This document shows, piece after piece, positions 37,098 through 49,078 of a stretch of 64,000 nt of DNA (position 1 is its first letter; every line of letters starts with the position of its first letter). The translations under genes and the position numbers were made by a program. This stretch comes from Paraspadella gotoi (Eukaryota > Animalia > Chaetognatha): NCBI GenBank assembly GCA_051294375.1, contig CM119264.1, positions 7,089,814-7,153,813 on the forward strand. Reading direction: 5' to 3'. The notes beneath the pieces are model-generated. The model saw nothing but the letters and a program-made list of their open reading frames with translations, did no database searches and was not told the DNA's origin.

Positions 37098-38720
37098 TCA
37101 AATCGAATGTTCTTTCTCCTTTCGAACCCCATTGTCATTGGCTTCATCCTTATTCACTTCCGTGGCGGTGCCGTCATTGCCGAGATCGTGGTTAACGTTT
37201 CTATGGTGCGCCTCGTCAGCGCGAACCATGAGGATAACGTCGCGCATCGTGGCCCTGCGTGAATGGTTGCGCAATATTCATGGAGTAAAGAAATAATTTT
37301 TATAAAAGATAAAATAACAGAATTATACTCACTCGGACGTTAATTTCCAATACGAGACGGCTATGGGCGGGGCAGGGAGTTTGGACCACATCGGAAGCTT
37401 CCCGTCGTCAATTGCTTGCAAAATATCGCTGTATGTGATCACTGCTTGTTCCTCCAGATAACCGACGAACCTTATGTGCACAATTATATCGGTTAATTTA
37501 AGAAAAATAACAATTCCATTTTATGGGATTATATTGTTATGCAACTGGAATTTTTTATTTAATTGACCATTACGGTTCAACTAGTAATTGAAAATCTCAC
37601 ATTCTAAATTTAATACGAAATTTAAAAAGCTGGAAACTGAAATTATGTTCTTGTGAATTTATCTCACCTGTGACAATAATGCCGACTGACAAAGTAAGCA
37701 ATGCAAAACCATCCCGTAAACACAAACTGCGACACCCAAACGGCTCCGCGCAATATCGGTCCAGGTTTTCGAAGCTTAAAAGTATATTATTTAAACGATT
37801 TAAACATTTTATAATTCAGCTCTTTTTGCAAATGGTGAAAAAGCGCGCGCGATCTCGCTTGTTTATGGCAATCACCTGCAAGAAGGTGAACAAGTGCATC
37901 CTTTCGTTTTCTGCTTCTTCCAGCAGCGTGTGTATCAGGTCGTGATCGGTCTCCATGTACCGCAAAGAGTAAAGATGACGCATCATTGCGGCGGCAAATC
38001 CAGGCACGCCTGAAATATTGATAGCATGATTGAATCACTTGATTGATCCATCTATGGTTTTACTGATTGGTCTTTTTTTATCTTGTTGGTTGGTTGATTT
38101 TGGCGTCTGCTGATATTTACGTCGTAAATTACGACAGCTTTTCATTTTACCCGCGATGGTTTCTAAAAAGATGCATCTTCTAAGCATGTCACGTTCGTCC
38201 AGCGTTCCTAGCCATTTTTTGATGGTGTAGCCAGAGGCCAAATCAAAGCTCCTGCGGAGGAACCATACAGTTCCGTACGCGCAGTTGTCTACGAATCCTG
38301 AATAGGATTATCATTTTTTACCGTTTAATTTGCGTTATGTATCAAAGATTCCGATTTTATATTTTAAAACGTGTTGATACCTTTCCCTTGAAAGTGAGTT
38401 TTTTCGACATTATTGACGTCTTTCCTCGTCCATATTGGATGCGGCAAATCGTAAGATGGCGCATTCTGCTCGATACCGGTATCTGCGCCAGAGTAATGGG
38501 ACAATTGTAGAATAAACAGTACGGATTATTATGAAAAAAAACGGGGGGCCATTTTTTTTTGGTAATTAATAAAAGGCAAAGCACTGTTGTCCACATTGCA
38601 GATAAAAATAATATCACCTTTTAGCTTCACGGAACTTGATGTCAGTGCTCTCGCAGAAATAAAACGCGGGTAATTTTTTGCTAAACAACCAATACGAATT
38701 CCATAGATGTTTGATGCCAT
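37098..38720 (-). CDS. AOX: Mitochondrial alternative oxidase (AOX), multi-exon
   Basis: Arg/Ser-rich transit-like N-terminus MASNIYGIRIGCLAKNYPRFISARALTSSS. All four di-iron motifs are present: FLETIAG|VPG, LLEEAENERMHL, FVGYLEEQAVITY and VRADEAHHRNVNH. Stop TGA at 37098-37100. Confidence 0.96.
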
Positions 38721-40222
38721 GGTGACAGTTTTGTTTTTGAGTGTTAATAGTAAAAATAAAACCTAAAAAACAGATTTAAAGCTTGGTAAGTAAGTTTTTG
38801 AAGCAGAGACGCGACAAGTGAAGTAAAAAAATCAAACACGGTAACCGAACCAAATCCCTTTTGTGTCAGAGGCAAGTCTAAACTTGCATAATAAGTATAA
38901 TTAGTTATATTTATTATAAAAATTTCGGATGCATTTTTTAAAATATATTTTTTATATTGCTCGGTATAATTTGTCCCCTTATATAGTGATGAAGGGCTTT
39001 TCCGATGAATGATGTAATATTGGCGAAATGTGATGAAAGTCTTTTGTTTTGTTCCAGAAAAATCCCATAGATGTCATTATCTTGCAAGTTTTTGTCAGAA
39101 AAAACTCTATTAATATTATTAAGTTTATATCTACTTATAATTATTGTTATATCTGATTACATTAACTGATACTTCGCAGATAATTGTATATGAGATTAGT
39201 ATGAAGCTTCCCATTCGTTGTAAAAGATGAATGCAAATGATATTGGTCTTCGTATTTTTTCTTTATGCAAATACTCTACCTAGCTATTATTATTTGATCT
39301 TGTTGTGCTTATAATAAATTAAACAATGAGTTTAGTTTGGAGGATATGAGTCCCAGTTAAGAAGAAGGTTCGCATTTCCCTTTTAAAGCGCGATAGAAAG
39401 GCGCTGACAAAAATGTTTACACTCCAAGGAGTTTATTTTTCCCCATCTAATCGTCTCACGTTTTGATGGGCGATGTCTCGGAGGAAAGGAAGAGCTTCTT
39501 TATCCCACCCTCCAAATGTTTTCACGACAAAGGGTTGGAAAAAGATTCCTTCCGCTTGGCAGTTGGCAAAATGAAAGTTAAGTTTTCTGTTCTACACTGA
39601 TACAAGCGCGAGTTGTAAAATCATTTTTAATGATAAAAAACGCTCTTTGAATGATTTTTATATACATTTTTTTTTTTATTGAAGTAGTCTATAACAAAGC
39701 GAGATTCAAGAGCAATACAGTTTTATTTATGCAACTATACAATACAATACAACACTATAAATGTTATCCTATTTTTCAGTCTTACCCAATTTACCACAAG
39801 GTTTATTTTTGACTCTTGGTCTTCACTCGTTCAAAAGTTATTTCTGTTTTACGTAGGTCGCACGACCAATTAAAAGTAAATTAATTCGATTAACGAACCA
39901 AAAAATTAATTTACTTTTTTTTACGATTAAACCTTCGGAGACGGTTCATTTAAAGTTTAAATGATTTGAATGGTCATTACTTTGTCTTTGGTATAGATAT
40001 CTATAATATAGATTATAGATAATAGCGAGCTGTTGGATGCCATTTAATGGAAGATTTCAAAAATTCAAGTTAAGCGCAAGGGTTGTTTTGGTTGAAAAAT
40101 ATCAAAATAATACGTGCAATAAGTCAGTCCTACTACTACTAAGTAACTAAGGCAATTTCAATTTCCTCACATGAACTGCCTTCTTCATTCTTTTAAATAT
40201 TTAGTATCGATACTGAATAAAG

Positions 40223-41384
40223 TCAGACTCTCTCGAACTGCGTCTCTCGGTTCCCCAGCCATTTGAAGAGGAGTGCCGACGCGGTGAGCAGAACGGGCCC
40301 AGTAGGAAGTTGACAATAGAATGACCAACCGAAGACCCGGTCGTTGATGTTGTTGCCCATGTCGGTGAATCTTGAGGATAAAAATGGATACGAGATACTC
40401 AGAAAGTAAACAACATGTACGTTGAGACGATTCATTAGAGACTATAGAACTACCACCGACCTAATGCCGTAAAACCAGGCGCCGGCTGCACCGTATACGC
40501 TAACTTGTGCGACGATGATCAGGCCGGCGATGAGGAGGAGCCAGGCGCAAGCCTTAGTTCGCGTGATGTTGTACAACTGTGGGTAAGAAATGGGAGATTG
40601 ATTAAATTCTGTTTACATTTTGAGACCATATTTAATTACATGTACATAATTCGTTATATTATATTAATTGACAACTTCTCTTACTCTCGTGTACTCCATG
40701 ATGAGCAAAACTATGCAGGTGAAAATAATGATGACCGAAAATAAGGCCGCCAACTGACACGAAAACAACCTAAAAAGAAAGAAAGAGAGGAATATTTAAT
40801 ATTTTTAAAGAGACGGATATTTTTATCTTAAGGGGTGGACGAAATAATTATGGGAATACTCACCAAGCTGGGGTTTTAAGGAATTTTCCAGAATTGTAAA
40901 ATCTACAATCCACCCACCAAGAGGGATCCCCACAATCCTGTAATTAGACAGGTTTTAAATTTAAATGGATAATAAGAATTTATGAATGAATTTAAGTATT
41001 GATTGGACAAGGAATATCACAAATCAAAGGCTTTTCGAAGTTTACTATGTAGGTTTTTTCACGATGTGTATTTTAAGTTTTATAAAGTGAGCATAAAGTA
41101 GTGTATAGTAATCTGCGACCATGGGTCACTATGAAATTAGCATTACATATCTCACCAATTGTTGATAAATAAAATGATCTATTATTCATTTGGAAAAAAA
41201 TTACTCGAAGCTCGACACTCACCGCGAACAGTCCATCGTGTCTGTGGTTGGGCGTGCCGGGTCGGGCAAGCCAAACCGCCCACCAAGGGGATAGGGAGCA
41301 TATCACGTCCAAGACGAAAGCGAATATGGTAAGTATTAAGGCGGCGGAGACATGGTTGCAAAATCCCGCCTGGCTGCGGCGCAT
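40223..41384 (-). CDS. Four-TM claudin/PMP22-like membrane protein, 5 exons
   Basis: TM1 AALILTIFAFVLDVICSLSPWW followed by HDGLFA|DC (W..GL-C claudin-like signature); TM2 VVFVSVAALFSVIIIFTCIVLLI; TM3 ACAWLLLIAGLIIVAQVSVY; TM4 preceded by FGWSFY; ends ..QFERV*. Confidence 0.7.
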
Positions 41385-41991
41385 GATAGCGGTGGGGTAT
41401 CTCAGATCTTTTTTTTTTTAATTGGTTTTTCTTTGTCTCGCTTACGTTATCTCTCCGACTTAATTATTCATTTTGATACATAAACAATTAAAGCCTAATG
41501 AGAGGTCTTTGGCGAGAAAAAAAAACGGCGTTAGTTTTTTGGTCAGCAGTCAGATTAGATATTCAGTGACTTTTTTGCTGTTGATGAATGTGTGATTTAG
41601 AAACAAATAATTATCGTTTTTCCTTGCAACGCCGAATTTGTTTGGATATATCAAATCAAGCAACCAAATCGTACTTAATTATGTTAAAGATTTTTACTCT
41701 ATCGGATGAATGATCTATTTTCTCTCCGAAGATGAAGTTATTTACAAACGAAATTTTTTTTTGTTGATGGACGGTTGTGATCGAATCGCTTTATCTTCGA
41801 CAATGTTTTCCTTCGGCAGGCCTCAAATTGGTTGTTGATTGGTTGATGGTCCGCGACCATAGCCGATGATTGGTCCAGCTCAAAACTTTCATTAACTTTA
41901 ANNNNNNNNNNCGCTGGTGGCTGCAGCCGAAGGGAGTTGAAGAATAATGAAAGAACCTGTTTCGATGGTTTGAGAATTATAGATGCTGATT

Positions 41992-41995
<4 letters not shown>

Positions 41996-42037
<42 letters not shown>
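41996..42037. repeat. (AG)n microsatellite
   Basis: Direct observation. Other AG/CT tracts occur at ~51405-51485, 53716-53780 and 56387-56418. Confidence 0.95.
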
Positions 42038-42039
<2 letters not shown>

Positions 42040-43054
42040 TTTACTGGTTATTTCGAAGCCACCAAAAGCCAAAAAGGAGCGTATTTTGTTTGTAATTTTA
42101 TATCTTAGGAGAGAGAATGTAAGATGTGAAAAAGCAAGGAATGAATTTCGAAATAAATTTAATTGAATATAAAATTATACATTAGATTTCTGAATATATA
42201 AAATTGATTAAATTGGAAGTCTTAAATATTAAATTAAACAATTTCAAATAGGGTTTAAATATGCTAATAATAGTTATTACATGGATAATGGGGTCATTAG
42301 TTTTAATAGTTAAATTTTTTGTAAAGAGTATATTTCACTAAATGAAAATTAATTTTTATTTTTTGTTATTTTTTTAATTATATGGGTACCATAGCTTTAC
42401 ATTTACAATAAGATATTTATGGCTGACTAAAATTTTTTCATGTTTTTTAAATAAAATCTTAAAAAACAGTAAAACATTATTTCTATTCAACAACATTAAT
42501 AGCTAATTGTGAAGTATCTTAAAACTAAGTTTTTTAAACTTTTTATAAGAACCGAGTTTAATCAATAGAAACGTATCTGCTCTTATATCACAATAATATT
42601 TTTTAATTTTCTAAGTTACTTTTAAATTTTAAACATATGTAAAAACGAATGTGCTCGAAAAGTACCATCAGTTTCTGGTGCGTATGAAAAAAAGAGTCAT
42701 TTGTGAGAATAAGAACATGCTATCAGTATCAGATTATGTCTCATTTGGTTATCTTGCGTTTTTAAATGATCCTTGGATTCCTCATATGAGTACTTAGTAG
42801 TTTTTTTCTTATTCCATTTGCCATAATTCCGAAGGTATGTAGGATTGAAGTGTAGGAGCATATAAAAAACTTGATTCTTATAAAAAATCTAACAAATATT
42901 TTAAAAAGTTGGGTTATTATTTATAACAAGAAAGATCGTTCGTATTTCGTGCAAGAAAATAATTAATTTTCTGTTCGAAATTACCGTGGTAAATTAATTG
43001 TTGTTAAAAAAAGAAAGTTACAATAATATACACAGTGATAAAAAAAATTATTTC

Positions 43055-43771
43055 TTATAGTATTCGGCACACTTTGACCGTCTTGTTTATCGCCAAGTTG
43101 GATTTAGATGCACTTTTGTCCGATTCTTCAAAATTCCAATTTCGGTCTTCAACGTCGGAGGTTGCATCGAGTCCATTAGAGTGAGACAATGCTGTTTTAA
43201 AGCATTATTTAATTACTAACAGCCTAATATGTAGGTGTCTTAGAGAAACGGTCTGCGTCATTTTTGTTACAATTAGAGAGACGTCAATTTGGACGCTTGT
43301 TACCTTTCGATTTTGTTTCCTTATTTGACTCCGCCTCGATCCGCTTTGCAGGTGCTTGGAGCGTTCGATCGCTAAAGGAAAGAGGCGCCGCAATTGATGG
43401 CGCCGTTTCATTCTCGGTCGACGGCGCAGAGGTGGAAAAAAATGGCCGCGTAAACGAAGGATTGACGGATGACGGCGAAGACACCGAGACCATGGGCGCG
43501 GCGGGATGGAATGGTGCGAGCGGTGGCGCTGATCCGGACACGCCCCTCGAGGCTGACGATGTTGCGCTGGCGTCGTCGTTGTGAGCGTCTTCCTCTCTTA
43601 GTTCGACGGCCACGTCGGCGCCGTCGACCTGAGACGAGCGGTTTCGACAAGATGGCGGGACTTGTCCATATTCCAATTCTTATTTATTGATTTAAATTTA
43701 AGGAATGATTGTGTTTATAAATCTAGTACTAATAACTTTTTATATATTGAGCTCTTGATTATTTTTTTTTC

Positions 43772-43802
<31 letters not shown>

Positions 43803-46800
43803 CCCCCAACCTTTTTATTAGTCGCCACCAACTCGGCGCTGTTCATGGATTGCTGTTTCATTTTGATGAAGTACAAAGTGTCTTTTCTTTGTATCGATCT
43901 GTTCAAGTGCGTCGGCGGTGGACGTCGCTTTCGTTCTCCCTTTTTCCCGCGGACGGAACGCCTCGTCTCCATCGGGGATCGATCGTCCGTTCGTCCTGTC
44001 ATTGGGACTGTCATTATAGCTATCACTTCTGCCAACGCTATCACTTCTACCGGGAAAAGGGGCGATGTTGTTCATGAGCGCGCTCTTCTTGACCGGCGTC
44101 TTCGCGCGTCGCCCGTCGTCGTCTTCCTCGCTCTCCTCTTGCATGGACCGCATGTTGATTTCTTCTCTGTATCGATTATTATTTTTATTTTTTTTTATTT
44201 TTTATTTCAGTGAAGCCAGGGGAGGTTAAAGAAAGAGGACAAAACATTTCATTCAAATAAGGGAAATGCAAAGGCCGCAAATAAAAAAGGACAAACAAAC
44301 AAAAAACAAAAACAAAAAAAAAACATTGCCAAGTTCTTACCTTAATTTTGCAAGATTGATTGTATCGACTGACTCCATCAAAATATTATCTGGAAGTGGA
44401 AAGATTACAGAACGAGAGAGAGAGAGAGTAGAGACGACCAGCCATGAGAGCGAGGCCAGAAATTTCTTCCAACTATGAAAGGTGAGTCATCAATATTAAC
44501 TTACTTTCTTCGTCGTCGTCCTCTTCCTCTCGCATCATAATGGTCTCGTCCATGGTGTTCATCCGCGGAATCGAGGATCGAACCGGGAGCAGGGTGCTTC
44601 CGTTGTTGTCGTTGACGGAACGTTTGGGGATGGGAGGGTGCGTGACGGGGTGGGAGTTGCTGTTGACGACCATTGGCCGATTCGTGGTCGTCGTCGGTTC
44701 GGAGAGACGGTTAATGTCATCGGGTGATGTCTAAGAAAAATCCGCGAATGAATGTAGATGAATGTAGATGAATGCAATAATATATAATGTCAAGGTAACG
44801 CAAGAGAGTATCAAGTCCGAACCTCCATTGCACCCAAGTCTTCATGCTCATCAGTATCCATGATTGCGTCCCCGACTATCGTTTCTTCTTCCTTGGATCC
44901 GATTTTGTTTCGATCGTTGACTCTTGAATCTTCTCCCTCGGCAAGCACTCGGTCGTTTTCCTCAAAGATTGTCTCTTCTCTGATTGTATCCTTTTCACGA
45001 ACTCTTTTCTCCTTGATTGTATTCTCTTCGATCGCGTTTCCTTGCGTCGACTCCTCCTCCGGAAGACTGTAGAGAGCGCCAACGGGCCCTGGATCTCCCT
45101 TTTCCTCGCTCTTTGGCGAACAAGTTCTCTCTTTCTCTCTCTCCTTTTCTTCCTCTTCTTCTTCCTCCTCCAGCGGCCTTTCCTCCGTTATGATGTAGAG
45201 ATTCTCTTCGTCTTCTTCGTCTTCCGAGAAACTGTCCTGATAGCTGATGGGAAAAATTAAATCTTTCTTCTCAATTCTCATATTATTTCGCATTTCGGTG
45301 TAGTATGAATCATAATTTTATAAAAATTTAATTAAAAACCCATTTAAGTTTACAAGTACCTTGTGAAATCATCGTATTTTTCGGTGTCTTCGGAGGTAGA
45401 TCCTAATTGATCTGAGAGGCTAAATAATAAATGCGTTTTTAAGTTTTTAATAGCATTAATTGTTTTTCATGCTCTTAATATCTCTTGGTCTTATATATTT
45501 CACCTCTCTTTGGATAGCGAACCCTGACTGGATCTTCTTCGTTCTGTTTTTGTAAAAAAAGTTTTAAAACAATAAATTCGCAAGATATATCTATATATTT
45601 ATCTTTTAAAATACCATCAATATACCCATACCATACCATTACAAATTTCCATACCTTTGAAAAAATTTTGAGAGCTGGAATCTCTGTCGAGTGTCCGAGT
45701 TAAGCTTCGTCTCGATCCGGAGCGGGAACCTTTTGAGTTTAAAACATAATTAAATGGCGAAGTTAATGTTTGCTTAACTTATACTATAAGTAGAGACGTC
45801 TGGCGTTAAGCGTCCGAGATTAAGATTTATTTTATTTTACTCACTGAATAAAAATATTTAAAATACTTACAAAATACATAAAATTGATAAAATTATTATT
45901 GTGATAACATTGTTCAATCACATGCAACACATCCAGTGCCCTTTTTTTCATTGAAAGAGGATTCCAAATATGTTTTTAAAATTGACCTACGTAGACGCGC
46001 ATAGACGCGATATGCCTTGAAAGCAAGTTGTTCCGTTATTTCCTTTACATTTTTTCTTCAATTTCTAAGAGTTTTACGAGATGGGGGATCAGGTTTCCGG
46101 GAATTTAGGCTTTTTTTTGTGGTCTCCCCACGATTCGAACCACAAGACTGTAATAAATAGTATAAATATGGGCATATTTGGAAAGCTTGGCGTCTTGGGA
46201 AGCTGTTGCCGGTGGAGCGCGAGAAAAATTTGGTCATCTTGATATAAAAAAAGGGACCTAAAGTGGAATGGTTGGCCTGGCAGAAAAAAATTATCACAAT
46301 TTTTTCTTTCCATGTCACAATGCTATCACAAAACAACTTTAATGCATCATGTGAGGCATCATATGAAAGCTTACGATGTCTGCCACATGTCAGCACGTGA
46401 AAAAAAATTTTCTTTATAAAAAAAAAAAATCACCAGACTACCCTACTATAAGTATACTATAGGTAATAAGTTATAGGTTTATTCTTCCCTTTGTTGGGTC
46501 GTTATGGCCGCAAATGGCCATAGCTAAACGAGAAAACTTCCGTCTAACTAAGACCAAAACGAAAACTTACCCAATCGCGGCAGCGAAGATGCGGAGTGAG
46601 TTCGCCTGACCCGAACCGGAGTCGCCTGTCGTCGCTCGTCGCGTAATGATTCTTCCTCTGGATTTTCTCGTTTGAAAAGAAAATGAGAAAAAAATATCTT
46701 TTATTAAGATTAGTAGTATTCTACTATTTTTGGTCCCGTTTGCGTCTTACTAATAAAAGAATCACGAAGAAAAAATAGTAAAGTTGATTTCCCATTCCCA

Positions 46801-48487
46801 CTATAAAGAGAAAACGATAAACATTTATGTCGATGAAAAAAGTAGCAGCATTTTTCTAGTACTCGTTTCTGTAGGTAAATGAGAAATAAATAATTCCTTG
46901 TAACAAATTCGATGTAATTCTGAGGAAAAAAAACCCAAATCTGGTCATCGAAGCCACTGTCCATCGTTTCATGACCGGTAAAATCATCGTTCCTTTCATT
47001 GCAGATGTTTCCTGCACTTTTTTTTCTTCATCGACCATCAATGGCTCATGGATATCTAAGAATCTCAACTCCAGGGATTTCTTTGATCCTTAGTACAAAA
47101 TTGAAAGAGGGAGAAGAAAAAATATTACACAAAACGAAGATATCAAACATGCTAATTATTTTTCGGCTCATTCTACGACAAAAAAATTAATGTTCTCATA
47201 TAAAATTGTTTAGTCTTTAGGAGCGAAAATTCAAATAATGTGCCCTGGATAAACTTTGCGTGTTTCGTCCAGGGACAAGATAAACCAGGAAGGAAAAACA
47301 TAACAAAAAGTATCAAGCGAAGAAGTATATAAGAATGGACATTTGTTTGGTCTGGGATTCGAAAGGGGGGGACATTATAGGACGAGAATAAAACAAAATA
47401 AAAGCCAAAAATAGTAGATTCTTAGACTTAGTGCAATTGTTTGGACTTAATGCTAAAAATTTAAAAAAATTACGATTATGGTATTACGATAACTCACTTA
47501 TTCATGGCGTATCATATGAAATTATTAAATTTACATATTGAAGGGACAGTAATTATTGTTATGTGTTAGCGACAGAACCGTTCAATGTAAGCAGTTCCTG
47601 AGCTTCGGATCAGGCTGTAACACCGTGTTACAGGCGGGTTAAGCACCCCGTCCCTCTTAACTGCTAGGCGACCTCCGGGCTAGAACCCCAGACCCTTGGG
47701 TTGGGAGGCGAATGACTTGCCTCCGGCACCAATGGCCGCTGATGAATGGTTGGTGGATTTTAGTCCACCAAACATCCCCCCCTCCCACAGAGAGAAGTCT
47801 GTTGCGTCTCTTCAGTGAATGGTTGTTGTTGGTGGAAAGTTCGTCTCCAAGTTGGGGCATGTCGCCTGAAAGTGTTGTTGTTGCTGTTGTGTTCGGAAGT
47901 CGGGCTCACCAATGAAGAGACAGTAATTATTGTTATGTGATAGTGACAGAACCGTTCAATGTAAGCAGTCCCTGAGCTTTGGATCAGGCTGTAACACCGT
48001 GTTACTGGCGGGTTAAGCACCCCGTCCCTCTTAACTGTTAGGCGGCCACCGGGCTAGAACCCCAGACCTTTGGGTTGGGAGGCGAATGATTTGCCTCCGG
48101 CACTAATGGCCGCTGATGAACGGTTGGTGGATTTTAGTCCACCATAATATCAAATTACTTTCGTCAATTCCTTTCAAGAGGTTTTTTAATTCATAAAACA
48201 AATTATTTATAATTTTGGCTAATAATTTTAAAGGTATTAATTAGTTATTTGTGAATTAGTACTTCATAGTTATTTCAATAAAGTCAAAACTTTCGTATTT
48301 TTACATCAGTTTAGTCTTTGGGAATTATTAATTATTAATTTAAAATTTTCCAAGGTTTGATATTCGACAAATGTTAAAAATTATTTTAAGAATTAAAGTA
48401 GCTAAAAAAAATATATATTTGCTCTCTTACCTTTATGAAACGAACTGATCATATTCGGTTCAAGAAGTGTTGAACTCTATCTCGCCT
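43055..48487 (-). CDS. Unidentified multi-exon, acidic/Ser-Arg-rich disordered protein ending in the CaaX box CRIL
   Basis: GC-rich exons with splice sites at ~46570-46660, 45656-45730, 44823-45237, 44502-44730, 43895-44160 and 43304-43630. The last exon splices in phase 1 to give ..KSK|ALSHSNGLDATSD..KSNLAINKTVKVCRIL* (stop at 43055-43057). The 5' exons (~46930-47090, ~48430-48487) are tentative. Confidence 0.6.
47539..48146 (-). mobile_element. TRIM-type non-autonomous LTR retroelement with a tRNA-like sequence inside each LTR (Cassandra/Helenus-like)
   Basis: Two ~235 bp direct repeats (47539-47774 and 47913-~48146) that differ by scattered substitutions. On the minus strand the LTR ends ..TTCA, followed by PBS TGGTGAGCCCGAC (47894-47911), a ~140 bp internal region, PPT GGGAGGGGGGGA (47775-47786) and the second LTR starting TG. 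Confidence 0.85.
47668..47739 (-). ncRNA. tRNA-Gly(CCC)-like sequence within the LTR (second copy at 48042-48113); degenerate, not a functional tRNA gene
   Basis: 72 nt GCGGCCATTGGTGCCGGAGGCAAGTCATTCGCCTCCCAACCCAAGGGTCTGGGGTTCTAGCCCGGAGGTCGC. It has complementary ends (GCGGCC/GGTCGC), TTCGCCTCCCA resembling the tRNA-Gly anticodon arm, and B-box-like GGTTCTAGCCC. Confidence 0.65.
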
Positions 48488-49078
48488 AAAATTCATTAGG
48501 GTTGAAACGACTCGTAAATTATTTTGTCATTGTTTTTCGTTTAATATCGCATTTGAGATTAATTTTAAATGAATCCATTTTTCCCTTCGACGGTTTTCAG
48601 CAGACTGTGTCGTGCCTTTGGTTTTGAAGAAAAGGCCTATGAATTTTAAAAAAAAGAAGGAAGAGAAAAAGTAAAAGGGGAGGGAAAGGGGGAATCTGTC
48701 GTCTGACGTCCCATGAAAACTTTCTTTTTAGATCATGACTTTTTCTTTACTCTTTTTATTCGTTTCTATTCATCCCGCTTTTTTTTAATGATTTTTATTC
48801 ATGGTGCCATGATTTTTTTTATTTATTATAATTTTATTATTTTACATTTTTTTTATTTTTCTTCCAGTTTTCTTTGGCTACCTAGATATCCAACGAAACT
48901 GTAACTTTTAAAAAATTCATATCGCATCATGTTTAAACAAGACAATACAGCGAAAGACGGTTTCATGGATGTTCTATATAAATGATTGAGAATTTGTCAA
49001 TAAATATTAGATTTATTTCAATCATAACAATTACAATAAATCATAACCCTAATTGTTTTTAGAAAGATAAAAAAAAAT

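Noticed and set aside
37098-38720. AOX as bacterial or fungal contamination
   Set aside because: It has host-like short AT-rich GT-AG introns and is contiguous, without gaps, with the Nox and claudin-like genes.
47668-47739. Functional tRNA-Gly gene
   Set aside because: The D and anticodon stems pair poorly, there is no oligo-T terminator, and it is duplicated as part of the LTRs.
47736-47775. CTGATGA followed by a hairpin, resembling a hammerhead ribozyme core
   Set aside because: There is no GAAA after the stem and no stem I/III pairing. The hairpin is better explained as the LTR terminus.
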